64,000 nucleotides of DNA from an uncultured Verrucomicrobiae bacterium (GCA_963719495.1 CAVRCI010000009.1:96001-160000), one strand, 5' to 3'. Shown: positions 1 to 12,631, numbered from the stretch's first letter. Made by a program: numbers and translations. The notes: generated from the sequence alone by a model not told the origin.

Positions 1-273
1 GGTGGAGTCGATCAGCGGCGCCGGCTCCCACACCAAGACGTTACCGGACGATTCTCAGCGTTTCGTCTGGTGGAATCCGGAAGCGACGGACGGCTTCGCG
101 GTGGCGATCGCCGAGCGGGAGGAATGGATGTGGAACGAGGCAAATGCGAACGCGGACGACCGCTCCGGCTCGCACGTCTGGAGCCCAAAGAGCCACCACT
201 CGAAATTCCGAATGCGGACGAATTACTTCGGCTTGGGGGAGTTCGTCGAGGACGGCATCCCCGACGGAGCCGC

Positions 274-368
274 CTGGAGCATCCTCAAATTGATGGGACG
301 ATTTGATCCCGTCAGCGGGGGGAGGGCGTCCCGCCCTCCTGATCCAAACATGAGGACGCGACGTCCTC
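274..368. repeat. Degenerate partial copy of the MITE-like element at 54996-55142
   Basis: ctggagcatcctcaaattgatgggacgatt...gcggggggagggcgtcccgccctcctgatccaaac..gaggac..gacgtcctc aligns with 54995-55089. Confidence 0.75.
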
Positions 369-416
369 AATTCAATCCTGCGCCCATCGAAGAGCGTCGG
401 AACGAGGCGCGAGACA

Positions 417-827
417 TTAAACGTTCCGCCGACGCTTGACCTTCAACTGGGCCAATGACTTCAACATCATTGCCTGCATCGCGGCGTGATCCTCATCGCC
501 GAGTTGATCGTCGTTCATCGCGGCCTGGGCCCGCTTGATCGCCTCTTCGGCGGCGGACTCGTCGATCTCGGATTCGTTGATCGCCATGTCCGTCAGGACC
601 GACACGGTTTCCTGCGTGATTTCGACAAATCCTTCGCCCACCGCAAGCCGCTCCTCAACGCCGTCACGCATGATCCGGAGCTCGCCGGGAAGCAATTTCG
701 TCATCAACGGAACGTGCTGCGGCAGGACTCCCATCTCGCCGAGCGCGCCCGGGAGCACGACCGAAGACACGTCGCCGGAAAAGGTCTTCGCTTCGGGAGT
801 TACGATTTCGAGTTTCAGCGTAGCCAT
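417..827 (-). CDS. atpC: F0F1 ATP synthase subunit epsilon
   Basis: LKLEIVTPE...LPGALGEMGVLPQHVP; last gene of the atp operon. Confidence 0.97.
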   Translation of the reverse strand: MATLKLEIVTPEAKTFSGDVSSVVLPGALGEMGVLPQHVPLMTKLLPGELRIMRDGVEERLAVGEGFVEITQETVSVLTDMAINESEIDESAAEEAIKRAQAAMNDDQLGDEDHAAMQAMMLKSLAQLKVKRRRNV

Positions 828-884
828 GTGAGGTGAGTTTTAAGGAGCAAGTTTAAAGAATTAAGTGGTGAGCGACTTCTCAGA

Positions 885-940
885 CTTAAAACTTAAAACT
901 TAATTCTTAATTCTTAATTCTTAATTCTTAATTCTTAATT
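885..940. repeat. Heptamer tandem repeat (CTTAAAA)2(CTTAATT)6 in the atpD-atpC spacer
   Basis: Read directly from the sequence. Confidence 0.95.
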
Positions 941-948
941 GTCCGAAG

Positions 949-2382
<1,434 letters not shown>

Positions 2383-2435
2383 TCAGTCGGGCTGGGTGTC
2401 GTGGTTTGATTTTTCGGCGATTTTGGCGCTCGAGA

Positions 2436-2556
2436 CGGAGGGCAAGGCTCCCGCCGAGCCAGCCGTGACGAGAAACGCGATCTCCGACCGAGAAGTGCCG
2501 ATGCGGCGATCGGTCTTGATCCTCGAACCCAACGCGCCGTCACGGCTCGCCCTCCG
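2436..2556. repeat. REP-like inverted pair in the atpG-atpD spacer
   Basis: cggagggcaaggctcccgccgagcc...gtcacggctcgccctccg; related unit ggagggcgaggctccgccgagccg at about 23791-23814. Confidence 0.6.
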
Positions 2557-2618
2557 ATTGCGGACGGTCGTTGTGGGTGATTTGTTGACCAAAAACATAT
2601 CGAAGAGCGAATCGGCGG

Positions 2619-3482
2619 CTATTGCAGCGCCATTTGCGCCGTGGTGATTTCGAGGAGTTCGCTGGTGATGCTGGCCTGGCGCACCTTGTTGTATTCGAGC
2701 GTCAAATCCTTCACGAGGCTCTTGGCGTTGTCGGTCGCGTTCTTCATGGCGACCATTCGAGCACTGTGCTCCGAGGCCCGGGCGTCGAGGACCATCTGGT
2801 AGACGCCAAAATGCACGTAATATGGAAGGATCGCGTCGAGCACTTCGTGCGCGTCCGGCTCGAAGAGGAAGCCGGAAATCACTCCCTGGGCTTCAGCGGC
2901 TTCGGCTGCCTGGTTAACCATGGTTGGCGAGATCGGCAGAAGCTGGAACGAGCGGGGCTGCTGGGTGAGCGTGTTGACGAAGCGCGAGAAGAGGACGGTA
3001 ACTTTGTCGACTTCGCCTGAGAGGAACTTCTCGATCAGGAACTTCGAGACGGTCTTCGACTGGAGGAACGTCGGCTGGTCGGCGAGTTCGAAGTCGGCGA
3101 GCAGGTTGCGCTTCGTCCGCGCGACGAACTGCTTCGCTTTCCGTCCCGCCGAAGCGAAATCGGTCGTCGCGGTGTCGAACTGCGCCAACTCACGGAAGAG
3201 GTTGGTGTTCAGACCGCCGCAGAGTCCCTTGTCCGTGCTGATCACGAGGACGAGTTCGCGCTTCACCTCCCGCTCTTCGAGGAGCGGATGGAGCGTGTGA
3301 TCGACCCGGTCCTTGAGTGACACCAGCACGCGGTTGAGAAGGTCCGCGTAGGGATGACCCGCCGTCGCGAGCATCTGCGCCCGCCGCATCTTGGAAGCGG
3401 CGACCATCTGCATGGCCTTGGTGATCTGCGCCGTGTTCTTGACGGATTTGATCCGTCGGCGGATGTCGCGGGTGCTGGGCAT
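2619..3482 (-). CDS. atpG: F0F1 ATP synthase subunit gamma
   Basis: IRRRIKSVKNTAQITKAM, DKGLCGGLN, SEHSARMVAM, RQASITSELLEI. Confidence 0.98.
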   Translation of the reverse strand: MPSTRDIRRRIKSVKNTAQITKAMQMVAASKMRRAQMLATAGHPYADLLNRVLVSLKDRVDHTLHPLLEEREVKRELVLVISTDKGLCGGLNTNLFRELAQFDTATTDFASAGRKAKQFVARTKRNLLADFELADQPTFLQSKTVSKFLIEKFLSGEVDKVTVLFSRFVNTLTQQPRSFQLLPISPTMVNQAAEAAEAQGVISGFLFEPDAHEVLDAILPYYVHFGVYQMVLDARASEHSARMVAMKNATDNAKSLVKDLTLEYNKVRQASITSELLEITTAQMALQ

Positions 3483-3529
3483 TGGATAAGTCGGAAGGTC
3501 TTAAAGTCGGAAGGTCGAAGGTCGGTGAC

Positions 3530-5065
3530 TCAGTTCCAAGTCTGTTTGAATTCGTCGAGGGCGGCCTTGAGCTCTTTCTCGAGGTCGTCGTCGATCTTTT
3601 TCTGGTCGAGAATCTTGGTAAGCAGGTCGGCCTTGCGGGTCGTGAAAAACTCCTGGAGCTTGGCCTGGTAATCGCCGACGCGGTCGACGGGCACCGAGTC
3701 CACGTAGCCGTGCTGCATGGCAAACAAAACCGCGACTTGGAGCTGAACTGGCATCGGGCTGTATTGCTGCTGCTTGAAGAGCTCGACGATGCGGCCGCCG
3801 CGGTCGAGGAGCGCCTTCGTCTTGGCGTCGAGATCGGATCCGAACTGCGCAAAGGCCGCCATTTCGCGGAACTGCGCGAGATCGCCCTTGAGCTTACCGG
3901 CGACCTGCTTCATCGCCTTGATTTGCGCCGCCGATCCCACACGCGACACCGACAAACCGACCGAAATCGCTGGGCGGATACCCTGATAGAACAAATCGGT
4001 CTCGAGGTAGATCTGACCGTCCGTGATCGAGATCACATTCGTCGGGATGTAGGCCGACACGTCGCCGGCCTGCGTCTCGATGATCGGAAGTGCGGTCAAC
4101 GATCCGGCGCCGTAGTCCTTGCCGAGTCGGGCGGAGCGCTCGAGGAGACGGCTGTGGAGGTAGAAAACGTCGCCCGGATACGCCTCGCGGCCGGATGGGC
4201 GCTTGAGGAGGAGCGAAACCTGCCGGTAAGCGACGGCGTGCTTGGAGAGATCGTCGAAGATGATGAGCGCATCCATCCCGTTCTCCATGAAGAATTCGCC
4301 CATGGCCGCGCCGGTGAAGGGGGCGATGAATTGGTTCGTCGCGGTGTCCGAAGCGGGCGCGGAGACGATGATCGTGTATTTGAGGGCTCCGGCGTCCTCG
4401 AGCGTCTTGATGACGCGGGCGACGTTGGAGTTCTTCTGACCAATGGCCACGTAGATGTTGTAAACCGGGCGGTAGTCGGGATCGCCGGAGGCTTCGGCGG
4501 CTTTGTTCGCCTGGGCCTGGTTGATCATCGTGTCGATGGCAATGGTCGTCTTGCCCGTGGCGCGGTCGCCGATGATCAACTCACGCTGACCGCGTCCAAT
4601 CGGGATCATCGCGTCGACGGCCATGATGCCGGTCTGGATCGGCTGGCTGACGCTTTGACGGTCAATGATGCCGTGGGCGATCTTCTCGACGGGATTGAAC
4701 GTGTCGGTCTCGATCGGACCCTTGCCGTCGATGGGTGATCCGGCGGCGTCGACGACGCGACCGAGGAGCGCTTTGCCAACGGGGACCTGGAGCAACTTGC
4801 CGGTCGTCTTGACCTCGTCGCCCTCCCGGATCTTCGTGTAGTCGCCAAGGAGCACCGCGCCGACTTCGGTTTCTTCGAGGTTGAGCGCGAGACCGATGAG
4901 TCCGCCGGGGAACTTGAGCATCTCGTTGAGCATCGCGTCGCTGAGACCCTCGATGCGGGCGACACCGTCACCGATTTCGCGGACGATGCCGACGTTGGAC
5001 CGGGTCGTCGAAGCGCTTTGGATGCCTTCGATTTTCTGTTCGAGTTCTTGCAGGATGGTGCTCAT
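3530..5065 (-). CDS. atpA: F0F1 ATP synthase subunit alpha
   Basis: [35 protein letters not shown]. Confidence 0.99.
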   Translation of the reverse strand: MSTILQELEQKIEGIQSASTTRSNVGIVREIGDGVARIEGLSDAMLNEMLKFPGGLIGLALNLEETEVGAVLLGDYTKIREGDEVKTTGKLLQVPVGKALLGRVVDAAGSPIDGKGPIETDTFNPVEKIAHGIIDRQSVSQPIQTGIMAVDAMIPIGRGQRELIIGDRATGKTTIAIDTMINQAQANKAAEASGDPDYRPVYNIYVAIGQKNSNVARVIKTLEDAGALKYTIIVSAPASDTATNQFIAPFTGAAMGEFFMENGMDALIIFDDLSKHAVAYRQVSLLLKRPSGREAYPGDVFYLHSRLLERSARLGKDYGAGSLTALPIIETQAGDVSAYIPTNVISITDGQIYLETDLFYQGIRPAISVGLSVSRVGSAAQIKAMKQVAGKLKGDLAQFREMAAFAQFGSDLDAKTKALLDRGGRIVELFKQQQYSPMPVQLQVAVLFAMQHGYVDSVPVDRVGDYQAKLQEFFTTRKADLLTKILDQKKIDDDLEKELKAALDEFKQTWN

Positions 5066-5089
5066 GGCGTGGGTGTCTTGGGTGAAAAT

Positions 5090-5482
5090 TTAAAGCTGTT
5101 GCTTGAGTTGCTGGAGTCGGGAAAACACGGTTCCGTCCCAGACGTCGCTGCCGACCTTCACGCGAAGGCCGCCGAGCAGGCTGGGAGTCACGCGGTATTC
5201 GGTCGTAAGATCGTCGCCGAAGCGCGATTTGAGATCGCGGGCGACCTTGGCCGAGGCTTCGTCCCCGAGCGGCGTCGCGCTCTCGATCACGGCGTGGCGC
5301 TTGGCGAGTTCGAGCCGAACCATGTGCGTAAACGCTTTGAGAATCTGGAAGTAGCCGCGCGGTTTGACCTCGACGAGGCTGTCCGAATACTGCCGCACCT
5401 TGTGTGCGTCGAGCCGTCCCGACGTGAGGCACGCGGTGAACAATTCCCGGGAGGTGCGGCGGGCTTCCTTGCTGATTTTCAT
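5090..5482 (-). CDS. atpH: F0F1 ATP synthase subunit delta (short form, 130 aa)
   Basis: C-terminal PSLLGGLRVKVGSDVWDGT; position between atpF and atpA. Confidence 0.92.
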   Translation of the reverse strand: MKISKEARRTSRELFTACLTSGRLDAHKVRQYSDSLVEVKPRGYFQILKAFTHMVRLELAKRHAVIESATPLGDEASAKVARDLKSRFGDDLTTEYRVTPSLLGGLRVKVGSDVWDGTVFSRLQQLKQQL

Positions 5483-5525
5483 GGCTTCGTGCGGTCGGCG
5501 GCTGGCGGGCGGAATTGGTGGAAAA

Positions 5526-6035
5526 TCAAGCCGCGAGCTGGCTCGAGGTTTCTTCGTTGAGGCGCCGCTGGTCTTCTTCGGTGAGGACCTTGCCGGTGAC
5601 CTTGGCGGTGGTCTCGACGACGAGGCCGACCATTTCTCTCTTCACGTCGGCGACCATCTGGTTGTGCTCGTTCGTGATGTCGACGCGGGCTTTGGCGATG
5701 ATCTCTTCGGCCTGACGAATGGCATCCTGAGCCTGTTTCTGGGTGAGGGCGTCAGCATTTTCGCGGGCACGATCAATCATCTTCTGCGCCTCGGCGTTCG
5801 CTTTGCGCATGGATTCGTCAAAATGTTTTTCGGCTTCAGCCAGCTGTTTCTTGATCTGCTCCGCGTTGGCCTGGCCCTCTTCGATGACCCGACGGCGCTG
5901 CTCGAGCATCGCGATAATTGGACCAAAAGCGAATTTCTTGAGAATCCAATAGACGATGAGGAACAGGATGACCTGTGCCAGAAACTTCGACCAAACGAGG
6001 CCGAACGTGGTGAAAATGGTTGTGAGTGCTTCCAT
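5526..6035 (-). CDS. atpF: F0F1 ATP synthase subunit b
   Basis: N-terminal TM helix, LKKFAFGPI..LEQRR, long coiled coil; synteny. Confidence 0.96.
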   Translation of the reverse strand: MEALTTIFTTFGLVWSKFLAQVILFLIVYWILKKFAFGPIIAMLEQRRRVIEEGQANAEQIKKQLAEAEKHFDESMRKANAEAQKMIDRARENADALTQKQAQDAIRQAEEIIAKARVDITNEHNQMVADVKREMVGLVVETTAKVTGKVLTEEDQRRLNEETSSQLAA

Positions 6036-6097
6036 CGAATCAAAAGGAATGCCGCCCCGCCCGCTCAGCGGGCCGGACGGCGTAACTTGCGGATCGC

Positions 6098-6343
6098 TTA
6101 GCCGATGATGGCCATGATCAACGCGTAGATCGCGATCGCTTCCGCGAGCGCCATGGCGATGATCGAGAGCGTCAGGATGTTACCAAACGCACCGGGGTTG
6201 CGGCCGACGGCCTCGACGGCCTTCGCTCCGATCATTCCGATTGCGATGGCCGCACCGGCACCCGCGATCGCGAGACCGAGATTGCCCGTAGGACCAGCGA
6301 TAGCGACGGTGTCCGTCGCTGCTGCGATGATTTCTGGATTCAT
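6098..6343 (-). CDS. atpE: F0F1 ATP synthase subunit c
   Basis: Hydrophobic hairpin, GRNP loop, ALAEA carboxylate. Confidence 0.97.
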   Translation of the reverse strand: MNPEIIAAATDTVAIAGPTGNLGLAIAGAGAAIAIGMIGAKAVEAVGRNPGAFGNILTLSIIAMALAEAIAIYALIMAIIG

Positions 6344-6422
6344 GTGATTTCCTCTTGGTTTGTGTGTTGTTTCGTCGCCACCCGCAGTCTTGCCACGGTC
6401 ATGACGACAAATTTTTTAGATT

Positions 6423-7286
6423 CTAATGGTGCGCCTCGTCCTCGTCGTGGGTGGTCGAAAGTTGAATGTAAACGGCACAGAGTAGGGTAAAAACCAGCGC
6501 CTGCAGCAGTCCGATGAGCAGCTCCAGGAAGTAGAACGGGATCGGGATGATGATCGACGAGAGGTAGGCCACAAAGGTCGGCAGCCCGAGCGTGTTGCCT
6601 AGAGTGATCATGGTCGACAGCAGGTTCTCGCCGGCAAAAATATTCCCGAAGAGACGGAGTGAAAGCGAAACTGGACGGAACGCGATCGAAACCACTTCGA
6701 TGACTCCGACCGCGAAGAAAATCGGCGCAAGGCAGAGTGCCATCGTGCCCCGCAGGCCGCCCTTTGTGCCGAAGATGTGCTTGAGCGACCCACCAACACC
6801 CAACTCCGAAACGGACCAATACAGCCACATCACCATGAAGACTGCGGCCATTCCGAGCGTCGAATTGAGATCCGCCGTGCCGGGCCGGAACAGGGGAACG
6901 TCCGCGTGTTCGAGCGAAAGTGGTCCGACCTTCTCACCCCAGCCAATCGATCCGACGCCCGGCAGAAGGCCGAACCAATTGGAAACGAGAATGTAGATGA
7001 AGAGCGTGGCCAGCAGGCTGAAAGTCTTGGCAATCATGTGCTTGCCAACGATGCCCTCGAGCATCGTGTAGAGCAGCGCAATGACAGCCTCGAAAACATT
7101 CTGAGTGCCGGATGGAATCACTTCCATTCGTTTCGTTGCAGCCCGCGAGAGCAGAACGATCACTCCTACGACAATCGCGGAGACCAGTACTGAATTTGTC
7201 AGCCATTCGAGAAACGGCACCATGGCCATTTCTGCCCAGACGGACTGCGCGTTCAGCGGGATCGCGGCGGCGAGTTGAAAATTCAT
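6423..7286 (-). CDS. atpB: F0F1 ATP synthase subunit a (start placed at MNFQL)
   Basis: RPVSLSLRLFGNIFAGE, LQALVFTLL; first gene of the operon. Confidence 0.95.
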   Translation of the reverse strand: MNFQLAAAIPLNAQSVWAEMAMVPFLEWLTNSVLVSAIVVGVIVLLSRAATKRMEVIPSGTQNVFEAVIALLYTMLEGIVGKHMIAKTFSLLATLFIYILVSNWFGLLPGVGSIGWGEKVGPLSLEHADVPLFRPGTADLNSTLGMAAVFMVMWLYWSVSELGVGGSLKHIFGTKGGLRGTMALCLAPIFFAVGVIEVVSIAFRPVSLSLRLFGNIFAGENLLSTMITLGNTLGLPTFVAYLSSIIIPIPFYFLELLIGLLQALVFTLLCAVYIQLSTTHDEDEAHH

Positions 7287-7583
7287 GAGACGGATTATCG
7301 GAATCGGGAAAACGAAGGAGATCGCGCCTGCCGCCGCTCGCAGAGACCAACGATCCGAAAAGGGGCGATGATCTACCGGACGCCGAACGGGGAGAGCGCG
7401 TCGAGTCGTTACAAGTATCGGCTCGCGCGAGCGGTGCAAGCCGAATGTGCCGACTTTGTGAAATTTTTCACAAAGTCCGGCTTCCGGTTGAAAACCTCGC
7501 ATCGGCGAGACCGCGAAAGCCCCGCACGGGGCGAGATAAACGGTTGTCGCTCCGATCGAGACCCAGTATCACTCGCCGCCACG

Positions 7584-8543
7584 ATGCTCTCCATCATCAT
7601 CCCCGTTTACAACGAGCACGAGGCCATCGGCCCGCTCTTCGAGAAGACCGCCGAAGTCATGCGGACGACCAATCGCCCGTGGGAGGTCATTTTCGTCAAC
7701 GACGGCAGCACCGACGGCTCCGAGGAGGTCCTCGACGAGATCGCCGAAGCCAATCCCGAGGTCAAGGTCCTGCATTTCCGGCGGAATTTCGGCCAGACCG
7801 CCGCGATGATGGCCGGTTTCGACTATGCGCTCGGCGACATCATCATCCCGATGGATGGCGATTATCAAAACGATCCGGAGGACATCCCGAAGATGCTCGT
7901 CAAGCTCGACGAAGGCTTCGACGTCGTTTCGGGTTGGCGCAAGGACCGGCAGGACAACGCCATCAAGCGGAATTTCCCGAGCATCATGGCGAACAACCTT
8001 ATCTCGTTCGTTTCGGGTGTGCGCCTCCACGATTTCGGCTGCTCGCTCAAGGCCTACCGCCGCGAGGTGATCGAAGGCGTCCGGCTCTACGGCGAGATGC
8101 ACCGCTTCCTCCCGATCTACACGAGCTGGCACGGCGCGAAGATCGCCGAAGTGGTGGTCAATCACTTCAAACGCCGCACCGGCAAATCCAAATACGGCCT
8201 CGAGCGAGTCCTCAAAGTCCTGCTCGATCTGATGGTCGTCAAATTCCTCGACCGCCATCAGCAGAAGCCGATGTATGTCTTCGGCCTCGCGGGCTTCATC
8301 ATGCTGGCCGCGTCGTTCGGATTCGGACTCTGGGCGCTCATCCTCAACGTCTTCGGCGGCAAACCTTTCATCACGACCCCGCTTCCCCTGATGACGATCT
8401 TCACGCTGATGACCGGCGTCATCTGTGTCCTCATGGGACTGCTCGCCGAAATGATCACCCGCACCTTCCACGAGTCGACCGGCAAGCGAATCTACCTCAT
8501 CCGCGAAAGCCGCAACGTCGACCACGATCCTGAAATTGCGTAG
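7584..8543 (+). CDS. Glycosyltransferase family 2 (ArnC/DPM-synthase-like, C-terminal TM helices)
   Basis: LSIIIPVYNE, VNDGSTDGS, RRNFGQTAA, MDGDYQNDP, LYGEMHRF. Confidence 0.92.
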   Translation: MLSIIIPVYNEHEAIGPLFEKTAEVMRTTNRPWEVIFVNDGSTDGSEEVLDEIAEANPEVKVLHFRRNFGQTAAMMAGFDYALGDIIIPMDGDYQNDPEDIPKMLVKLDEGFDVVSGWRKDRQDNAIKRNFPSIMANNLISFVSGVRLHDFGCSLKAYRREVIEGVRLYGEMHRFLPIYTSWHGAKIAEVVVNHFKRRTGKSKYGLERVLKVLLDLMVVKFLDRHQQKPMYVFGLAGFIMLAASFGFGLWALILNVFGGKPFITTPLPLMTIFTLMTGVICVLMGLLAEMITRTFHESTGKRIYLIRESRNVDHDPEIA

Positions 8544-8606
8544 CCGGCCCGCGCAGACGGTCTCGATCGGTCACCCTCGGCGAAAGCCCAGCCATCGTCC
8601 AAAGCA

Positions 8607-8633
8607 GGTAGGGAAGCCGCGCCGCCGGGTTCC
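8607..8633. repeat. GTAG-type REP-like unit
   Basis: ggtagggaagccgcgccgccgggttcc is identical to 33537-33563; both copies lie just downstream of, or overlap, a stop codon. Confidence 0.7.
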
Positions 8634-8788
8634 GTGACCTGCTCCCAGAGCGCGCGAGCCACCCGTGGCGATTAACCCGCCACGCGGCAACCGAAGTCGA
8701 GGGAAGCCAAAAAAACTCCGTCCAGCGTGGCTTCCCGAACCCTCCAAAGAAAAATCGCCTCGCGCAAAATGGCAAACGCGATCACCGG

Positions 8789-9628
8789 TCAACCCATCAC
8801 CGGCAACGCATCCCGGTAGCTTGGAAACTCCAGCTCCCAGCCCGTCGCCCGCAGCTTCGCATTCGACACCCGCTTGTTCGTCACCCCGCGCTTCCGGTTC
8901 GGATCGACCGCCCCCGGTGGCGGCAGCGGGCGGTCGAAATGCTCCGCCAGCCAGCCGTAGACCTCCCGCTGAGTCGCGCTCACGTCATCGACGACGTTGT
9001 AGACTCCCGGCTGGACCTCGCCGCCGGCCAGGAGAAACAGCGCCCGCGCCGCGTCATCCCGGTGGATTTGGTTGATCCACCGCCCACCCCCGTCTTCGAT
9101 TGTCGCCGAGCCGTCCAAGAATTTCCGCATCAGCACCGACCGGTCCGGCCCGTAGATTCCGCCCAACCGCGCCACCGATCCGCCCGCGTCCAACGCGATG
9201 CGCTCCGCTTCGAGCAGCACCCGCCCCGTCTCGCGATCCGGCTCCGTCGCGCTTGTCTCGTCGACGACGTCCCCGTCCGCCTGCCCGTAGACCGATGTGC
9301 TTCCGGTGAAAACCATCCGCGCCCCCGGACACGCCGCCACGAGGTTGCGCAGACCGTCCCGATACACCCGACGATAGGCATCCACCCCACCCCGCCCCGA
9401 ACTGGCGCAATGAACGACCGAATCGAATGGTCCAAATCTCTCCGCGAACGTCCCGACCGCCCGCGCATCTCCGAGGTCGGAGTCTCCCACGGTGAACGAA
9501 CCTCCACCCAGCGCCTCCGCCGACTCCCGCGAGGCCGTCATCCCAACAACCCGCCAGCCCGTGGACACAAAAAAGCCGACGGCAGCTCCACCAAGGAAGC
9601 CACAGCCGGCGATGAGAACTTTCGGCAC
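8789..9628 (-). CDS. NAD-dependent epimerase/dehydratase, atypical SDR (YeeZ-like)
   Basis: IAGCGFLG, STSVYG, RLGGIYGP, NQIHRDD, KRVSNAKL. Confidence 0.88.
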   Translation of the reverse strand: MPKVLIAGCGFLGGAAVGFFVSTGWRVVGMTASRESAEALGGGSFTVGDSDLGDARAVGTFAERFGPFDSVVHCASSGRGGVDAYRRVYRDGLRNLVAACPGARMVFTGSTSVYGQADGDVVDETSATEPDRETGRVLLEAERIALDAGGSVARLGGIYGPDRSVLMRKFLDGSATIEDGGGRWINQIHRDDAARALFLLAGGEVQPGVYNVVDDVSATQREVYGWLAEHFDRPLPPPGAVDPNRKRGVTNKRVSNAKLRATGWELEFPSYRDALPVMG

Positions 9629-9643
9629 AGCGTGCGCCTGAAA

Positions 9644-9847
9644 TTAGTTCAGGTTGAAATTGAAGCGGAACTTCTGTTTGGCCTTCTTCGCGTTGGACTT
9701 CGCCTTGCGGCGCATCTTCTGCGTTGGCGTCTCGAATGCGCGTAGACGACGCACCTCTTCCAGCACTCCCTCGGTCTCCAGTTTGGACTTGAGGCGCTTG
9801 AGGGCGCGGTCGATTGGCTCTCCTTTTCGAACGGTAACTTCCGGCAT
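9644..9847 (-). CDS. rpsU: 30S ribosomal protein S21
   Basis: VRKGEPIDRALKRLK...FETPT. Confidence 0.95.
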   Translation of the reverse strand: MPEVTVRKGEPIDRALKRLKSKLETEGVLEEVRRLRAFETPTQKMRRKAKSNAKKAKQKFRFNFNLN

Positions 9848-10222
9848 GAACTTATTTCACCTACTTTCTTCCAGCCTCGGATTGGTCGATGAGGCGGATT
9901 GCCAAACTGCAACGCTCGCGCAAGTCGATCAAGCGTAAACTTTCCCCAATTCGATCCGATTCCGAATCCAGCTGGCGGCGGCAAAGCCAAATCTCGACCG
10001 CGCACTTCGGGCAACTTGGCGGTCCACGCCGCGTGGAGGAAAAACGCTTCGCTCGCGGGCGGGGTCGCTCGCCAACGCGCGGGGAGCCCCCGCTCCACCC
10101 GCAATCGGCGGACCAAGGCATGATCCTGAAAAGATCCCGGCAACGGGAGGCGGGATTTGAAAATCCCCGCGGCGATCCCGCCGCCTCGTACCCCGATCTC
10201 GACCGGGATCGCAGCCCCGCGG

Positions 10223-12583
10223 CTACACCGGGTCAGCCGTGCCCTTCGATCCACTCGACGTCCGCCGCATCGCCTCGCTCTCGAGCACCTCGCGCCGGAT
10301 GTTCCGACCACGAAGCCGCGTCCACCACAGCACGATCGGAGAGGCCACGAAGATCGACGAGAACGTTCCCACGAGGATACCCATCAGGATCGCAAAGGCG
10401 AAATCCTCCAGCACCGCGCCTCCGAAGAAGAACAACGCGCCGACCGACAACGCCGTCGTGCCGCCCGTCAGGATCGTCCGCCCCAACGTCTCGTTGATCG
10501 CCTCGTTCATGAGCTCCTGCACCGATCCGGACTTGCCCGACTTCAGACTTTCGCGAATTCGATCGAAGACCACGATGGTATCGTTGATTGAATAGCCCGC
10601 GATCGTCAGCACCGCGCCGACCATCACGAGCGATAGCTCGCCGCCGATCAGTGAGAAAAGCCCGAGGGTGATGATCACGTCGTGGAACACCGCCGCAACC
10701 GCGCCGAGCGCGAACGAGAATTCGAACCTCACGGTAACGTAAATCAGAATCCCGACCATGCCGAGGCCGAGCGCCCACAGGGCCTTGGTCGCGAATTCCA
10801 TCCCGATCCGAGCCCCGACCGTGTCCTCACCCTCGACCACGATCCCGCGGTCTGGATAAGCCGCCGCGACGGCTTCGTAGACTTCGCGCCCCTTCCCTTC
10901 CAACGTTCGGAAGGTCAGCATCTCGCTCGTTCCCTCGCGCTCGATTTGAATGACGGTCGATTCGCTCAGGCCCGTCGGCTCGATCGCCGCCCGCGCCTCC
11001 GGCACCGACACCGGCACCTGCGTGTTCACCACCAACAAATCGCCACCCCGGAAATCGATCCCGAAATTATTCGCTCCACGCAGCGCGAAGATGGCGATCG
11101 AACCCACGATCATTCCGACCGAGAGGAAGACCGCCAGTTTTCGCTTCCCGAGGAAATCGATCCGCTTCTCCGGGATGATGTTCATCATCGTCAGTTTGCT
11201 GAGATGACCCTTGTCGATCAGCCAGCGGAACGCCGTGCGCGTCACCAGCAGGGCCGAGAACATCGAGGCGATGATGCCCAGCGTGAGCGTGACCGCGAAG
11301 CCCTTCACCGAGCCGGTCGCCTGAAGAAACAAGATCACCGACGTGATCAGCGTCGTCAGATTCGCATCGAAAATGGCGCTGAACGCTTTTTCGTAGGCCC
11401 CATTCACCGCGGCGGCCATCGATTTGCCAGCGTTCATCTCTTCCCTCAGCCGCTCGTAAATGAGCACGTTGGCGTCCACCGCCATGCCGATCGTGAGAAT
11501 GATGCCCGCGATGCCCGGCAGGGTGAGGACGAAATTGAACATCGCCATCATGCCGAAGAGCAGCAGGATATTCACCGATAGGCCAACGAGCGCGATGATG
11601 CCCGCGAATCGGTAGTAGAGCAGGACAAAGACCACCACGAAACCGAGGCCGAGCAGTCCCGCGTAGAGTCCCGCGCGGATCGAATCGGCTCCCAGGGTCG
11701 GAGACACGCTGCGCGTCTCCTCGATCGCGACCGGCACCCGAAGCGGATTTTCCAGCGAGCTGGCCAGATCCCGGGCCTCCGCCTCGTCGAAGTTCCCCGT
11801 GATGGTCGCCCGCCCGCCAAAGCGATCTTCCTGAAGCGTCGGCGCCGACAGAATCTTGCCGTCCAGAATGATGGCGAGCTGGTTGCCCTTGTTTGCCGAA
11901 GCGAGATTGTCGAACAACTTCGCGCCCTCGGAATTGAATTCCAAACTCACTCCCCAACCCTGCTGATCGTAATACGCGTAGGCCTTCGAGACGAATTCGC
12001 CGCTGAAATCCGCCTTCCGGTTGATCACCATCGGAGTCTCGGTCACGATTCCCTCCGACGACTCGTCCTCGTATTGCCGGACTTCGAGGCCCGGCGGCAT
12101 GATTGCCGTCCCCGCCTCGACCTGCCGCAAGAGGGCCTCGCCACGAGGGTCGACGACGGAAAACTCCAGCTTCGCGACCTGCTGCAGTTTCTCCTTCGTC
12201 CGCTGCATCTGCTCGTTGTCGAGCCCCGGGATCTGGACCATGATCCGGTCGTCACCCTGCGGCGCGATGTCCGGCTCGCCCACGCCATCCTTGTCCACGC
12301 GAGCCCGAATGACCTCCACCGCCTGGTCCAGCAGGTCCTTCGTGATCGGCGGCTGCCCAGGCTCACGCACGAGTCGGATCAGGAACGACGTCCCGCCCCG
12401 CAGATCGAGCCCGAGGCGGATGTGCTTCGACACGGGAAACAGCTCCTGCGCGCAGAAAGCGACGAGCAACACCGTCAGGACGAGACCCAGCCAGCGCTTT
12501 CGCCCGAAGAGTTCAGTGGAAAAATACCAGGCGAAAAGCGCGAGGATCAGCAGGCCAAAAACGAAAACGAGTCCAGGAGACAT
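10223..12583 (-). CDS. secDF: Protein translocase SecDF fusion
   Basis: LGLDLRGG, VSPTLG, GMAVDANVLIYER, GIDFRGG, GYSINDTIVVFDRIRE. Confidence 0.97.
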   Translation of the reverse strand: MSPGLVFVFGLLILALFAWYFSTELFGRKRWLGLVLTVLLVAFCAQELFPVSKHIRLGLDLRGGTSFLIRLVREPGQPPITKDLLDQAVEVIRARVDKDGVGEPDIAPQGDDRIMVQIPGLDNEQMQRTKEKLQQVAKLEFSVVDPRGEALLRQVEAGTAIMPPGLEVRQYEDESSEGIVTETPMVINRKADFSGEFVSKAYAYYDQQGWGVSLEFNSEGAKLFDNLASANKGNQLAIILDGKILSAPTLQEDRFGGRATITGNFDEAEARDLASSLENPLRVPVAIEETRSVSPTLGADSIRAGLYAGLLGLGFVVVFVLLYYRFAGIIALVGLSVNILLLFGMMAMFNFVLTLPGIAGIILTIGMAVDANVLIYERLREEMNAGKSMAAAVNGAYEKAFSAIFDANLTTLITSVILFLQATGSVKGFAVTLTLGIIASMFSALLVTRTAFRWLIDKGHLSKLTMMNIIPEKRIDFLGKRKLAVFLSVGMIVGSIAIFALRGANNFGIDFRGGDLLVVNTQVPVSVPEARAAIEPTGLSESTVIQIEREGTSEMLTFRTLEGKGREVYEAVAAAYPDRGIVVEGEDTVGARIGMEFATKALWALGLGMVGILIYVTVRFEFSFALGAVAAVFHDVIITLGLFSLIGGELSLVMVGAVLTIAGYSINDTIVVFDRIRESLKSGKSGSVQELMNEAINETLGRTILTGGTTALSVGALFFFGGAVLEDFAFAILMGILVGTFSSIFVASPIVLWWTRLRGRNIRREVLESEAMRRTSSGSKGTADPV

Positions 12584-12631
12584 GGGTGTCGGGAAGAGGG
12601 GAAAAATTGAGAATCGCTAACCGGGTCGGTG

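Noticed and set aside
2..439. 145-aa ORF at the window edge
   Set aside because: No recognisable motif; it runs through a repeat and overlaps the end of atpC.
6098..6343. Na+-coupled ATP synthase
   Set aside because: The c subunit has E-A-I rather than the Q...E-S/T-T sodium-binding motif, so H+ coupling is more likely.
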